Origin: Verrucomicrobiota bacterium
GTDB lineage: Bacteria; Verrucomicrobiota; Verrucomicrobiia; Limisphaerales; CANJSG01
Direction: 5' to 3'
Length of the DNA: 20,922 nucleotides
Assembly: GCA_038209745.1 (NCBI GenBank)
Contig: JBBQXJ010000082.1
Location: 1 to 20,922 of the forward strand
Shown here: positions 6,986 through 14,056 of the stretch, in pieces
Position numbering within the stretch: the first letter of the stretch is position 1
Layout: the number at the start of each line of letters is the position of its first letter
The notes under the pieces: generated by a model
Told to the model about the DNA's origin: nothing
Databases searched by the model: none
Seen by the model: only the letters and a program-made list of their open reading frames with translations
Position numbers and translations under genes: made by a program

Positions 6986-9880
6986 CTACTTCTTGTCCCG
7001 ATTTGCCCTTCGCTTCGCATCCAACAACCGACTGGTCGTCGACTCCGATCCGGGCGCAGGCTTCTTGGGATCGGTCGGATTGGCGGCCGGTTGGTCAGTC
7101 GAAGACGCGGCAGTGTCCGCCGGCTTGTCGCTGGAGACCCGCGTGGTCAGGCGGGTGAAGTCGTCGGCGCTCGGTTTCGGCATCGAGATGACGGGCGAAC
7201 CTTCGGTGGCTTTGGCCTGGTTGCGGGCGCGGACGGCGTCGCGGCGTTGGCGCAGGGCGTCCATCGCAGGATCGCCGACGGGCTGACGCACGGGTCCGCC
7301 GAAGGGCAGCTTGGAACGGATCTTCACCCAGCCGCGTTTGAGCTCCTCGCGGTCGAGCAGGATGCGGCGGATGGCGACGTCCAAAACGAAGAGGAGGATC
7401 GCGAGCTTCAGACACTGTTCCCACCAATCCTCGGGCTGGAAGGTTTTGGTGCGGCCGAGCTTGAACGGGTTGTCCACGGACGGATCGAGGATCTTGCCGC
7501 CACCGGCTTCGGCGAGGCGGCGGAGGAGGTTGAGATTGGGTTCGGTGGAGGCGAATTCGGGCGAGTAGTTCACGCTGGCGCCGAGGGCCTGGGAGGCGCG
7601 GACCTTGCCGTCCTTCAATTCGGCCACGTTCATCATGTAGGCGCCGATCTCCTTGGTCGGGAATCGCGCTTCGTAGCGGCCGGGGCCGGTCTGCTCCAGG
7701 CGCACGAGCTGCTTCTCGCCCTTGGGGCTGACGACGGTGGTCTGGAGGTTGAGGAAGTTGCGGTAGTTGCCGTCGTTGTCGATGGCCTCGACGGCGACCA
7801 CGGCCTCGCCGCGGTCGATGGTCACGTCGGTGGTGAAGTCGGCGTTGTCCACGCGGCGCAGGCTCCACTGGGCGATCTGCGACCAGAACTGCCGGTAGCG
7901 ATCCCAGGCGATCCAATCCTTGGCCCACTTGGCCTTGGCGTCGGAGGTGAAGGCCACTGAGCGCCCGAGACCGAATTGCCAATGCGCCAGGAGCGGGTCG
8001 CCTTTCTCGGTCAGGAGCGGCGTTTCGGCGCGGGTCTTGGGCGAGGTGCAGACGTAGCCATAGAGCGTGGGGAAATCTCCGCCCATGCCGCGGGTCAACT
8101 CACTGGCGGCCGCGACCTGCGGCTTGAACGGTTCCTCGAAGATGGCGGACTTCAGGATCACCGCGGCTTCCTTCACGAAGATCTGGGGCAGGTCGCTGGG
8201 TTGGCGCACGTCGTAGAAACGGCCGCCGCCCTTGTCGGCCATCCACATCATGGCGTCAGGTTGCACGTGGCCGCCGATCATCACAGTGGAGATGGTGATG
8301 CGGTCGGCGATGATGGCGTCCACCTGGGCCTGGGTCGGGGCGGCCGGGTCGCCGTCGCTGAAGACGACCATGTGCTTGATGTTGGCCGTGGATTTCTTGA
8401 GGCCGTCATGGGCCATCTTCATCACGTTCATGAAGCTCGGCATGTCGCCGGGGTTCATGCCCATGATCTGGCGGCCGAGCTCCTTCTTGTTGCCCACGGG
8501 CTGGAGGTCGAAGAGCCAACGGTCCGAACCGTCCCAGAACACGATGCCCATTTCGTCGAGCGGTCCCAGCGCGTCGAGCGCCGCATAGGCGGTCTCGCGG
8601 GCCCACTGGTTGCCATCGGGGAATTCCGTGGCGTGGACGACCAGTGCAAGGGCGCCTTTGGGCAGCACCTTCTTGCTGTTCAGCTCCATGTCCACCGGCA
8701 GCGCGGCTTCGAGCGGCGTGTTGCGATACCCGCCGGCCGCGAACGCCTGGTCGCCGCCGATGGCCACCAGACCGACACCGAAGTCTCGGACCGCGCTTTC
8801 CAGCAGGCGCATCCGGTCGAGGCCCAGATCACCGGCGGAGACGTTGCAGAGGAAGATCGAATCGAAGCTCTGCATCTCGGCGAGCGAGGCGGGGAAACCG
8901 CTCACGGGCACGACGCGGGTCTCCAGCTTCGAGGCGCGCAAGGCCTCGTCCAACGCCTTCTCGCCCTGGGGATCCGACGTGACGATCAAGGTCCTCGGTT
9001 CGCCGCGCACGAAGGCGAAGCCGCTCGCTTGGTTGTTCTGTGGGATGCGGTCACCGGGGGCCTCGATCTGGACCTCATAGTTGTAGAATCCGGGATCGTT
9101 CAGCGTCTGCGGGAAGCTCAGGAGATTCTTGCCGGCGGTCAGTTCGACTTCCTGTTCGCCCAGCAATTGGTCGCTGCGATAGAGGCGGAGCTTCGCGGGG
9201 CCGGGCCGGTCGGCGGTGGCGAAGATCTTCACGTCGAAGGTCTGGCCCTTCTTCAGCGCGCTGGGCATGGCGAGGCGCTGCACCGCGACATCGTTGGCGC
9301 GGGAGACGCCGAGCGGCAGCACGTCCAGCGTGACCCCGAGCGGGCGGGCGGCGAGCAACGCCGACATGGCGTCGCCGATGTTCTCGTTGCCGTCGGTGGC
9401 GAGAACGAGACGGCGTTGGCCGTTCTCGGGGAAGGCGGCCGTGGCCAAACGGATGGCGGCCGCGATGTCGGTGCGTTCCGTCGGCACCACGGCCTGGATC
9501 TTCTGCACCTGCACGGCCGGGTTCGGCAGGAACTCGACGGCGGCGTCGGTGCCGAAGACGACCACGCCCGCTTTGTCGCGAAGGTCCTTGGTGGCGGCGG
9601 TTTGGTTGACGAATTCGCGGGAGGATTCCTGCTGGGCGGTCGGGACGCTGTCGGAGCGGTCGAGCAGGAAGAAGACGTTCATTCCTTCCAACGGCTTGAG
9701 CCATTGCAAGCCGCCCAAAGCAAGGAGGACCAGGAGAACGACGACGAGGCGGATGAAGAGAGAAGCGCCGCGCCGCCAGCCGCTGATCTGCGCGTCCGAC
9801 TTCCTGAAGAACCACACGGTCCAAGCCAGCGCGGGCAGCGCGAGCCAGAGCCAGACCGGGTTGGTGAATTGGAAGTTCAC
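6986..9880 (-). CDS. Large membrane protein: BatA-like N-terminus, VWA domain, Ig-like region, GATase1-like (DUF1355-type) domain, second degenerate VWA, C-terminal TM
   Basis: N-terminus F..P.WLWLALP with 2 TM segments; MIDAS FLLDRSDS...TDIAAAI...LATDGNEN; FDSIFLCNV...GLVAIGG..AFAAGGY..TPLEAALPV; HMVVFSDG; PLLAHWQFGLGRSVAFTSD; C-terminal LAILLFVLDVAIRR. Confidence 0.9.
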   Translation of the reverse strand: MNFQFTNPVWLWLALPALAWTVWFFRKSDAQISGWRRGASLFIRLVVVLLVLLALGGLQWLKPLEGMNVFFLLDRSDSVPTAQQESSREFVNQTAATKDLRDKAGVVVFGTDAAVEFLPNPAVQVQKIQAVVPTERTDIAAAIRLATAAFPENGQRRLVLATDGNENIGDAMSALLAARPLGVTLDVLPLGVSRANDVAVQRLAMPSALKKGQTFDVKIFATADRPGPAKLRLYRSDQLLGEQEVELTAGKNLLSFPQTLNDPGFYNYEVQIEAPGDRIPQNNQASGFAFVRGEPRTLIVTSDPQGEKALDEALRASKLETRVVPVSGFPASLAEMQSFDSIFLCNVSAGDLGLDRMRLLESAVRDFGVGLVAIGGDQAFAAGGYRNTPLEAALPVDMELNSKKVLPKGALALVVHATEFPDGNQWARETAYAALDALGPLDEMGIVFWDGSDRWLFDLQPVGNKKELGRQIMGMNPGDMPSFMNVMKMAHDGLKKSTANIKHMVVFSDGDPAAPTQAQVDAIIADRITISTVMIGGHVQPDAMMWMADKGGGRFYDVRQPSDLPQIFVKEAAVILKSAIFEEPFKPQVAAASELTRGMGGDFPTLYGYVCTSPKTRAETPLLTEKGDPLLAHWQFGLGRSVAFTSDAKAKWAKDWIAWDRYRQFWSQIAQWSLRRVDNADFTTDVTIDRGEAVVAVEAIDNDGNYRNFLNLQTTVVSPKGEKQLVRLEQTGPGRYEARFPTKEIGAYMMNVAELKDGKVRASQALGASVNYSPEFASTEPNLNLLRRLAEAGGGKILDPSVDNPFKLGRTKTFQPEDWWEQCLKLAILLFVLDVAIRRILLDREELKRGWVKIRSKLPFGGPVRQPVGDPAMDALRQRRDAVRARNQAKATEGSPVISMPKPSADDFTRLTTRVSSDKPADTAASSTDQPAANPTDPKKPAPGSESTTSRLLDAKRRANRDKK

Positions 9881-10224
9881 TGGAGGGCGGGTTGTGGGTT
9901 GTGGGTTGTGGGTTCCACCGGCGAATTGGTCGCGGGTTCCTTGGCCAAGGACTGAGCCTGAATCTTCGCCTTAACGCGAACGCTTCTACGATACTCCTGA
10001 TATTTGCCTGCTCCGTGCATTACAGTGACCGCCAGAGCCGCGATGAGAGTCAGTATGGGCAACATGCTGGCGGGGTTAGTTTCCTTCGATTTCAGGTATG
10101 TCCCCATGACTGCGATTGCGAGGCCCATGGCTGGCCAGAGGGGACAGGCACACAGGATCAATCCGCTGCTCAAAATGAAGAGCCAAGCGATGACAAAACA
10201 GGAGGTGCTGCCGATCTTCCTCAT
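9877..10224 (-). CDS. Small hypothetical membrane protein (115 aa, about 3 hydrophobic segments)
   Basis: Its ATG overlaps the NHL-gene stop (ATGA at 10221-10224) and its stop overlaps the VWA GTG start (GTGA at 9877-9880). Sequence begins MRKIGSTSCFVIAWLFILSSGLILCAC. It is the 3' part of track ORF 9877..11403. Confidence 0.72.
   Translation of the reverse strand: MRKIGSTSCFVIAWLFILSSGLILCACPLWPAMGLAIAVMGTYLKSKETNPASMLPILTLIAALAVTVMHGAGKYQEYRRSVRVKAKIQAQSLAKEPATNSPVEPTTHNPQPALQ
9889..9914. repeat. Heptamer tandem repeat (GGGTTGT)x3.7
   Basis: gggttgt gggttgt gggttgt gggtt; encodes PTTHNPQP on the minus strand. Confidence 0.9.
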
Positions 10225-11486
10225 CCTCTTCCTCCGGTGGAAGAGGCTTGTTTTGCTGTCGGCTTCGCCGTCAGCGAAGTCAGGGCTGCGCGGCAGCGCA
10301 GCCCCACCAGAACCCGGTAGGGTTGCGCTGCCGCGCAACCCTGATCCAACGCCGCCATTGGCGGCGATCCGGGCTGTTGCGTGGGAGCCGGCGATGAGTG
10401 AACGAGCCCCGGCTTCCTCACCAGTTTTTGCAGCCGGTGATTCTGCGAATCGGCCACGTAGAGGTTGCCCTTCGAATCGAGGCAGATGCTCCACGGATTG
10501 GTGAATTGGCCGGGGGCGCCGCCGGGTCCGCCGATGATCTCGATCGATTTGCCGGATTGGTCGAAGACCTGGATGCGGCTGTTGCCGAACTCGCAGACGA
10601 AGACGTTTCCGGCCGCATCGATCCGCACGTCGTAGGGGTAGCTCAGTTCGCCGACGCCGTTGCCCGCGTGGCCGAATTGGCGGATGAACTTGCCGTCCGG
10701 CGTGAAGACCTGGATGCGGTGGTTGCACGAATCCGCCGCGTAGACCTCGCCGTTCGGTGCGACGCCGATTCCTTCCACGCGATTGAATTCGCCGGGGCCA
10801 TCGCCCGGTTTGCCCCATTCGGCGAGGAGGTTTGTGCCGCGCGGACCGAAGTGCTGGATGCGCTCGATGTAGCTGTATTCGCTGATGAAGAGATCGCCCT
10901 TGGGCCCGACAGCGATGGAACGGGGGAAGGCGAGCTGGCCGGCGTTGGTGCCGTTGACGCCCCATTGGGCGAGGACCTTGCCGGTCGGGTCGAAGTGGTT
11001 CACGCGGGTGTAGTGGGGCTCGACCACGATGACTCCACCATCGGGGTCCGAGATCATTCCCTTGGCCTTGCCCTTGGTTGTCTCGGGCATCTGCCAGCCG
11101 AGCAGATAGTGGCCGTCCGGTGCGAACTTCTGGATGCGGCCGGTGAGATCGACGGCGTAGACGTTGTCCTCCAGATCCACGGCCACGGATCGCGGCTTGT
11201 TGAACTGGCCCGCTCCCGCGCCGCGTGAACCGATCACTTCCGCGTGGTCGAAGAACCTGGAGTTTAGATGGCCGGCGGGCGTGGAAGGAGAACAGGCGGT
11301 CAGCGCCGCGAGGCAGACGAGCGCGGACAGGACAGGCGTGCAGGAGGTGATCAGCCGGTCGAACAGGGCTTCGGGAAAACCGAGGCTCCAACCCTTCAAC
11401 CACCGATGGACACAGATAAACACCGGTGGGCCGTTTCGCCGTCCGTTCAGATCATCTGGGTCCCTCTGGGGCCATCTGGGGTTCAT
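10221..11486 (-). CDS. NHL-repeat (6-bladed beta-propeller) protein, probably exported or a lipoprotein
   Basis: Repeated G..GQF..P..VAVD..GNVYVAD..NHRIQ.F units, preceded by the hydrophobic segment VLSALVCLAALTAC. ATG 11486 overlaps the permease stop (TGATG); a later start is possible. Confidence 0.9.
   Translation of the reverse strand: MNPRWPQRDPDDLNGRRNGPPVFICVHRWLKGWSLGFPEALFDRLITSCTPVLSALVCLAALTACSPSTPAGHLNSRFFDHAEVIGSRGAGAGQFNKPRSVAVDLEDNVYAVDLTGRIQKFAPDGHYLLGWQMPETTKGKAKGMISDPDGGVIVVEPHYTRVNHFDPTGKVLAQWGVNGTNAGQLAFPRSIAVGPKGDLFISEYSYIERIQHFGPRGTNLLAEWGKPGDGPGEFNRVEGIGVAPNGEVYAADSCNHRIQVFTPDGKFIRQFGHAGNGVGELSYPYDVRIDAAGNVFVCEFGNSRIQVFDQSGKSIEIIGGPGGAPGQFTNPWSICLDSKGNLYVADSQNHRLQKLVRKPGLVHSSPAPTQQPGSPPMAALDQGCAAAQPYRVLVGLRCRAALTSLTAKPTAKQASSTGGRG
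10280..10344. repeat. Inverted pair of GTAG-type REP-like palindromes within the NHL gene 3' end
   Basis: Two 29-nt arms, 10280-10308 and 10316-10344 (GGTAGGGTTGCGCTGCCGCGCAACCCTGA), with 3 mismatches. Each arm is itself a hairpin. Confidence 0.85.
11398..11483. repeat. Imperfect inverted repeat built from 10-nt-period units, in the NHL gene 5' end
   Basis: ATCATCTGGG TCCCTCTGGG GCCATCTGGG (11451-11480) is the imperfect inverse of AACCACCGATGGACACAGAT (11398-11417). Confidence 0.6.
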
Positions 11487-13000
11487 CAGGCCGGCTCCCT
11501 TCTTCCGAGAAGGACGCGAAGCCCGGCATAGAAAAGAAGCGGCGCCAGAGCAACGCAAAGGAGGATCAAACAGAGGGCGTTGACCTGCGAATTGTGGCCG
11601 TAGTGCAGCAGGTTGAAGATGCGCAGCGACAGGGTCTCGATTCCCGGCGGCACGATCAGCACCAACGCCTCGACATCCCAAAGGCAGAAGAGGAACACGA
11701 CGAACGCGGCCACGGCGGTGGCCGCGGCGATCTGGGGCCAGATGGCGTGGCGGAAGACGCTCCACTGCCCGCCACCTTCCATTCGGACCAGTTCCATCGA
11801 TCGCCCATCCAACCGGGCCAGCGCGGCGGAGATCACGGCCCAACCCGGTGCCGCATAGCGGAGCGACCAAGCCAGCAGGACAATTCCGATGCTGTCGTAG
11901 AACCAGCCCGTCGCCGGACGGTTCAGTGCCCAGATCAAGCCGATGCCCAGCACGACGCCGGGGATGAGGAACAAGAGCCAAGGAAGCAGTTTGACGGCAG
12001 TGGCAGTGACAGTGGCACAGGCGCCCCCGCCTGTGGCCCGGTGCAGCAGGCGCCCCCGCCCGGAGTCCTCTTGATCCCGCAGTGGAGGACAGCAGGCGGG
12101 GCGCCTGTGCCACTGCACCGAAGCCGCTGCCAGTCGAAGTCCCACCACCAGCGCCGCCGCTCCCGCCGCCAGTCCCACCGACCAGCCGAGGGCCGCTTTG
12201 CCGGCTTCCAGGGCGGGAAGGAGTTCCTTCCAACTCAACGGCGCCAGCACAAGATGCCCGAGCGGCAGCAGCACGGAAAACCCGAGAGCCGCCGCGCCGA
12301 GGAGTATCGAAACGGTTCGCAACGACCCACCCAGCCGCTCTCGGTGCAGTCGATGGGAGACGGCCCGCCCCTGCCACCGCGATCCGCGTGGATCGCGCCC
12401 AGTCGACAGAGCCCAGATCACCACCAGCGCGACGGCGATCATTGGCCAGCCCAGCCGCAGCGCGGTCCAATAGTCGAACGTGGTGTTGAAGCTGATCCAC
12501 AGTTCCGCCGGGAACACCTTCACCTGGAGCAGGGCGGGGATGGTGAACTGGTTCAGCGTGAGCACAAAGGTAGCCGCAGCCGAAGCCTTGAACGCGCCAC
12601 TCGCTGTCGGCCAAAGGATCCACCGCCAGAGGGTCGCGCCTTTGAGCAGTGGATCGATCTCCAAGGTCTCCCGCTCAACCCTCCGCCAGGCGCTCCAGAC
12701 GAAGCCCATGGTGATCGGCCAGTGCATCAGCGCCAGCATCCACACCGCGCCGGGCAGCGACATGATCGGCAGCGGCAACCACGGCAGCCAACGACCGGTC
12801 GGGCCGAGCAGCTCGAGCCAGCAATTGGCGGCGAGAAACGGCGGCAAGGCAAACGCCGTGACCGCTCCTGCGAGCACCATTCCCCGGCCGATTCTTCCGA
12901 GGGTCAGCAGCCACAACGCGCCCGCCGTTCCCAGCACCAACGACAGCGCCGTCCCTCCAAGAGCGACGAGCAGGCTGTTCTGGAAGAGCGGCCAGTTCAT
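11486..13000 (-). CDS. Iron(III)/thiamine-type ABC transporter permease (FbpB-like, two TM modules)
   Basis: LFQNSLLVAL, FALPPFL and two degenerate EAA loops (LEIDPLLKGATLWRWILWP; MELVRMEGGGQWSVFRHAIWPQI), plus PPGIETLSLRIFNLLHYG. ATGA overlap with the SBP stop. Confidence 0.88.
   Translation of the reverse strand: MNWPLFQNSLLVALGGTALSLVLGTAGALWLLTLGRIGRGMVLAGAVTAFALPPFLAANCWLELLGPTGRWLPWLPLPIMSLPGAVWMLALMHWPITMGFVWSAWRRVERETLEIDPLLKGATLWRWILWPTASGAFKASAAATFVLTLNQFTIPALLQVKVFPAELWISFNTTFDYWTALRLGWPMIAVALVVIWALSTGRDPRGSRWQGRAVSHRLHRERLGGSLRTVSILLGAAALGFSVLLPLGHLVLAPLSWKELLPALEAGKAALGWSVGLAAGAAALVVGLRLAAASVQWHRRPACCPPLRDQEDSGRGRLLHRATGGGACATVTATAVKLLPWLLFLIPGVVLGIGLIWALNRPATGWFYDSIGIVLLAWSLRYAAPGWAVISAALARLDGRSMELVRMEGGGQWSVFRHAIWPQIAAATAVAAFVVFLFCLWDVEALVLIVPPGIETLSLRIFNLLHYGHNSQVNALCLILLCVALAPLLFYAGLRVLLGRREPA
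12010..12115. repeat. REP/REPIN-like palindromic element inserted in frame in the permease
   Basis: Arms CAGTGGCACAGGCGCCCCCGCCTG (12010-12033) and CAGGCGGGGCGCCTGTGCCACTG (12093-12115) differ by one indel. A partial third copy lies at 12047-12060, and there is an inner stem GTCCTC/GAGGAC. Confidence 0.85.
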
Positions 13001-14055
13001 CGCAGGAAGATCTCCTTCAGTGTCTCCATGTTCTCCGACTGGTGCTCCGCGATCGTTTCCCAAGGCGCGAAGACCAGGGCCTCGTCGCTGCCGCAGCCGC
13101 AGTAGTCTTCGCCGCCTTCCATCACCGCCAAAGGATCCAGCGCATTGGCTTTGACGAGCTTCTGGAGCGTGTTGGTGGAGGTGAGAAAACCCAGCAATCG
13201 ACGGGCTCCGTCCGGATTGGGACCGCCGGTGACGAGGCCGGCGGAGTTGCGGATGCTGAGACCGTCGTCGTGGCTCAGGTCCATCGGCATGATCAACTGG
13301 CCTTCGCGCTGGGTGTTGCGGATGTCGTCGGAGTCGGTCAGGCCGATGAGCGCCTGGCCGCTGGCGACGAGTTTCACCACCACCGAATTGCCGTCGACCA
13401 GGAGCGGCTGGTTGGCGGCCAACGCGCGGCACCATTGCTCCCACTTGGCGGCGCCCCAGCGTTCGCGCAGCGCGAGGAAATGGGCGGAGGTGGTGCCGAA
13501 GAGCGGATACGCGAGGGCGACTTTTCCGCGCACCGCCGCGTTGGTCAGCGCGGCCAGGGAATAGGGCAGGGCATCGTTGGTCACCGAGCCGTTGCGGATG
13601 ACGAACTGCCGCTGGCGGTGGCCGAAGTTGGTGATGCTCGACGCGTCCAACACGCCCGCCTGGGCGAGCTGCACGGTGCGGAGCTGTTCGTTGTTCCAGA
13701 AGAGATCGCAGCGCGGCCGGTTCTTTTCGGCCATCAACCGGTTGACCAATCCGACCGTCTTGACGGCTTCGCTGTCATAGACCGCCTTCACCTCGATTCC
13801 CGATTCCTTGGTGAACTTCTGGAAGATCGGTTCCGCGAAGACCTGGTCCTGCGAGGTGTAGACGACGACGGACGCGGCGGGAGCGGGGGAGACGAGGGAC
13901 AGGAGCAGAACGAAGGCGGATGCCAGATGCCGAATGCCGGATGCCGGATGGGGAAATGAAGACATCCAACAACCAACGCCCAACAACCCACGTCGAAGCC
14001 CGGCGATGGACGCCCGACCCCAATCACAAATCGTAGATCGCAGATCGAAGTTCAT
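12997..14055 (-). CDS. ABC transporter extracellular solute-binding protein (Fe(III)/FbpA-like)
   Basis: VVVYTSQDQVFAEPIFQKF, SGIEVKAVYDSEAVKTVGLVNRL.AEKNRPRCDLFWNNE, ALAYPLFGTT, DGNSVVVKLVASG and IGLTDSDD. The ATG lies 1 nt after the upstream stop; a later start is possible. Confidence 0.9.
   Translation of the reverse strand: MNFDLRSTICDWGRASIAGLRRGLLGVGCWMSSFPHPASGIRHLASAFVLLLSLVSPAPAASVVVYTSQDQVFAEPIFQKFTKESGIEVKAVYDSEAVKTVGLVNRLMAEKNRPRCDLFWNNEQLRTVQLAQAGVLDASSITNFGHRQRQFVIRNGSVTNDALPYSLAALTNAAVRGKVALAYPLFGTTSAHFLALRERWGAAKWEQWCRALAANQPLLVDGNSVVVKLVASGQALIGLTDSDDIRNTQREGQLIMPMDLSHDDGLSIRNSAGLVTGGPNPDGARRLLGFLTSTNTLQKLVKANALDPLAVMEGGEDYCGCGSDEALVFAPWETIAEHQSENMETLKEIFLR
13917..14055. repeat. 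Three blocks of degenerate heptamer tandem repeats at the SBP gene 5' end
   Basis: CGGATGC-like x5 (13917-13951), CAACAAC-like x4 (13967-13994) and AGATCGC-like x5 (14021-14055). Confidence 0.8.
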
Positions 14056-14056
14056 T

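Noticed and set aside
7976..9955. 659-aa plus-strand ORF (and similar ones at 6947, 13042, 14690, 19584)
   Set aside because: These are antisense shadows of well-supported minus-strand genes.
9877..11403. 508-aa ORF
   Set aside because: Only the last 115 codons look protein-like; the rest overlaps the NHL gene out of frame.
12378..12397. 8-bp hairpin CGCGATCC/GGATCGCG in the permease linker
   Set aside because: It is short, GC-rich and single-copy in the window, so compatible with chance.
10221..12623. 800-aa ORF suggesting a large NHL fusion
   Set aside because: The part upstream of 11486 overlaps the permease in another frame and is low-complexity R/G/A-rich. The coupled ATG at 11486 is the better start.
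9889..14055. Possible CRISPR array among the repeats
   Set aside because: There are no regularly spaced 23-50-nt direct repeats with unique spacers and no cas genes in the window.
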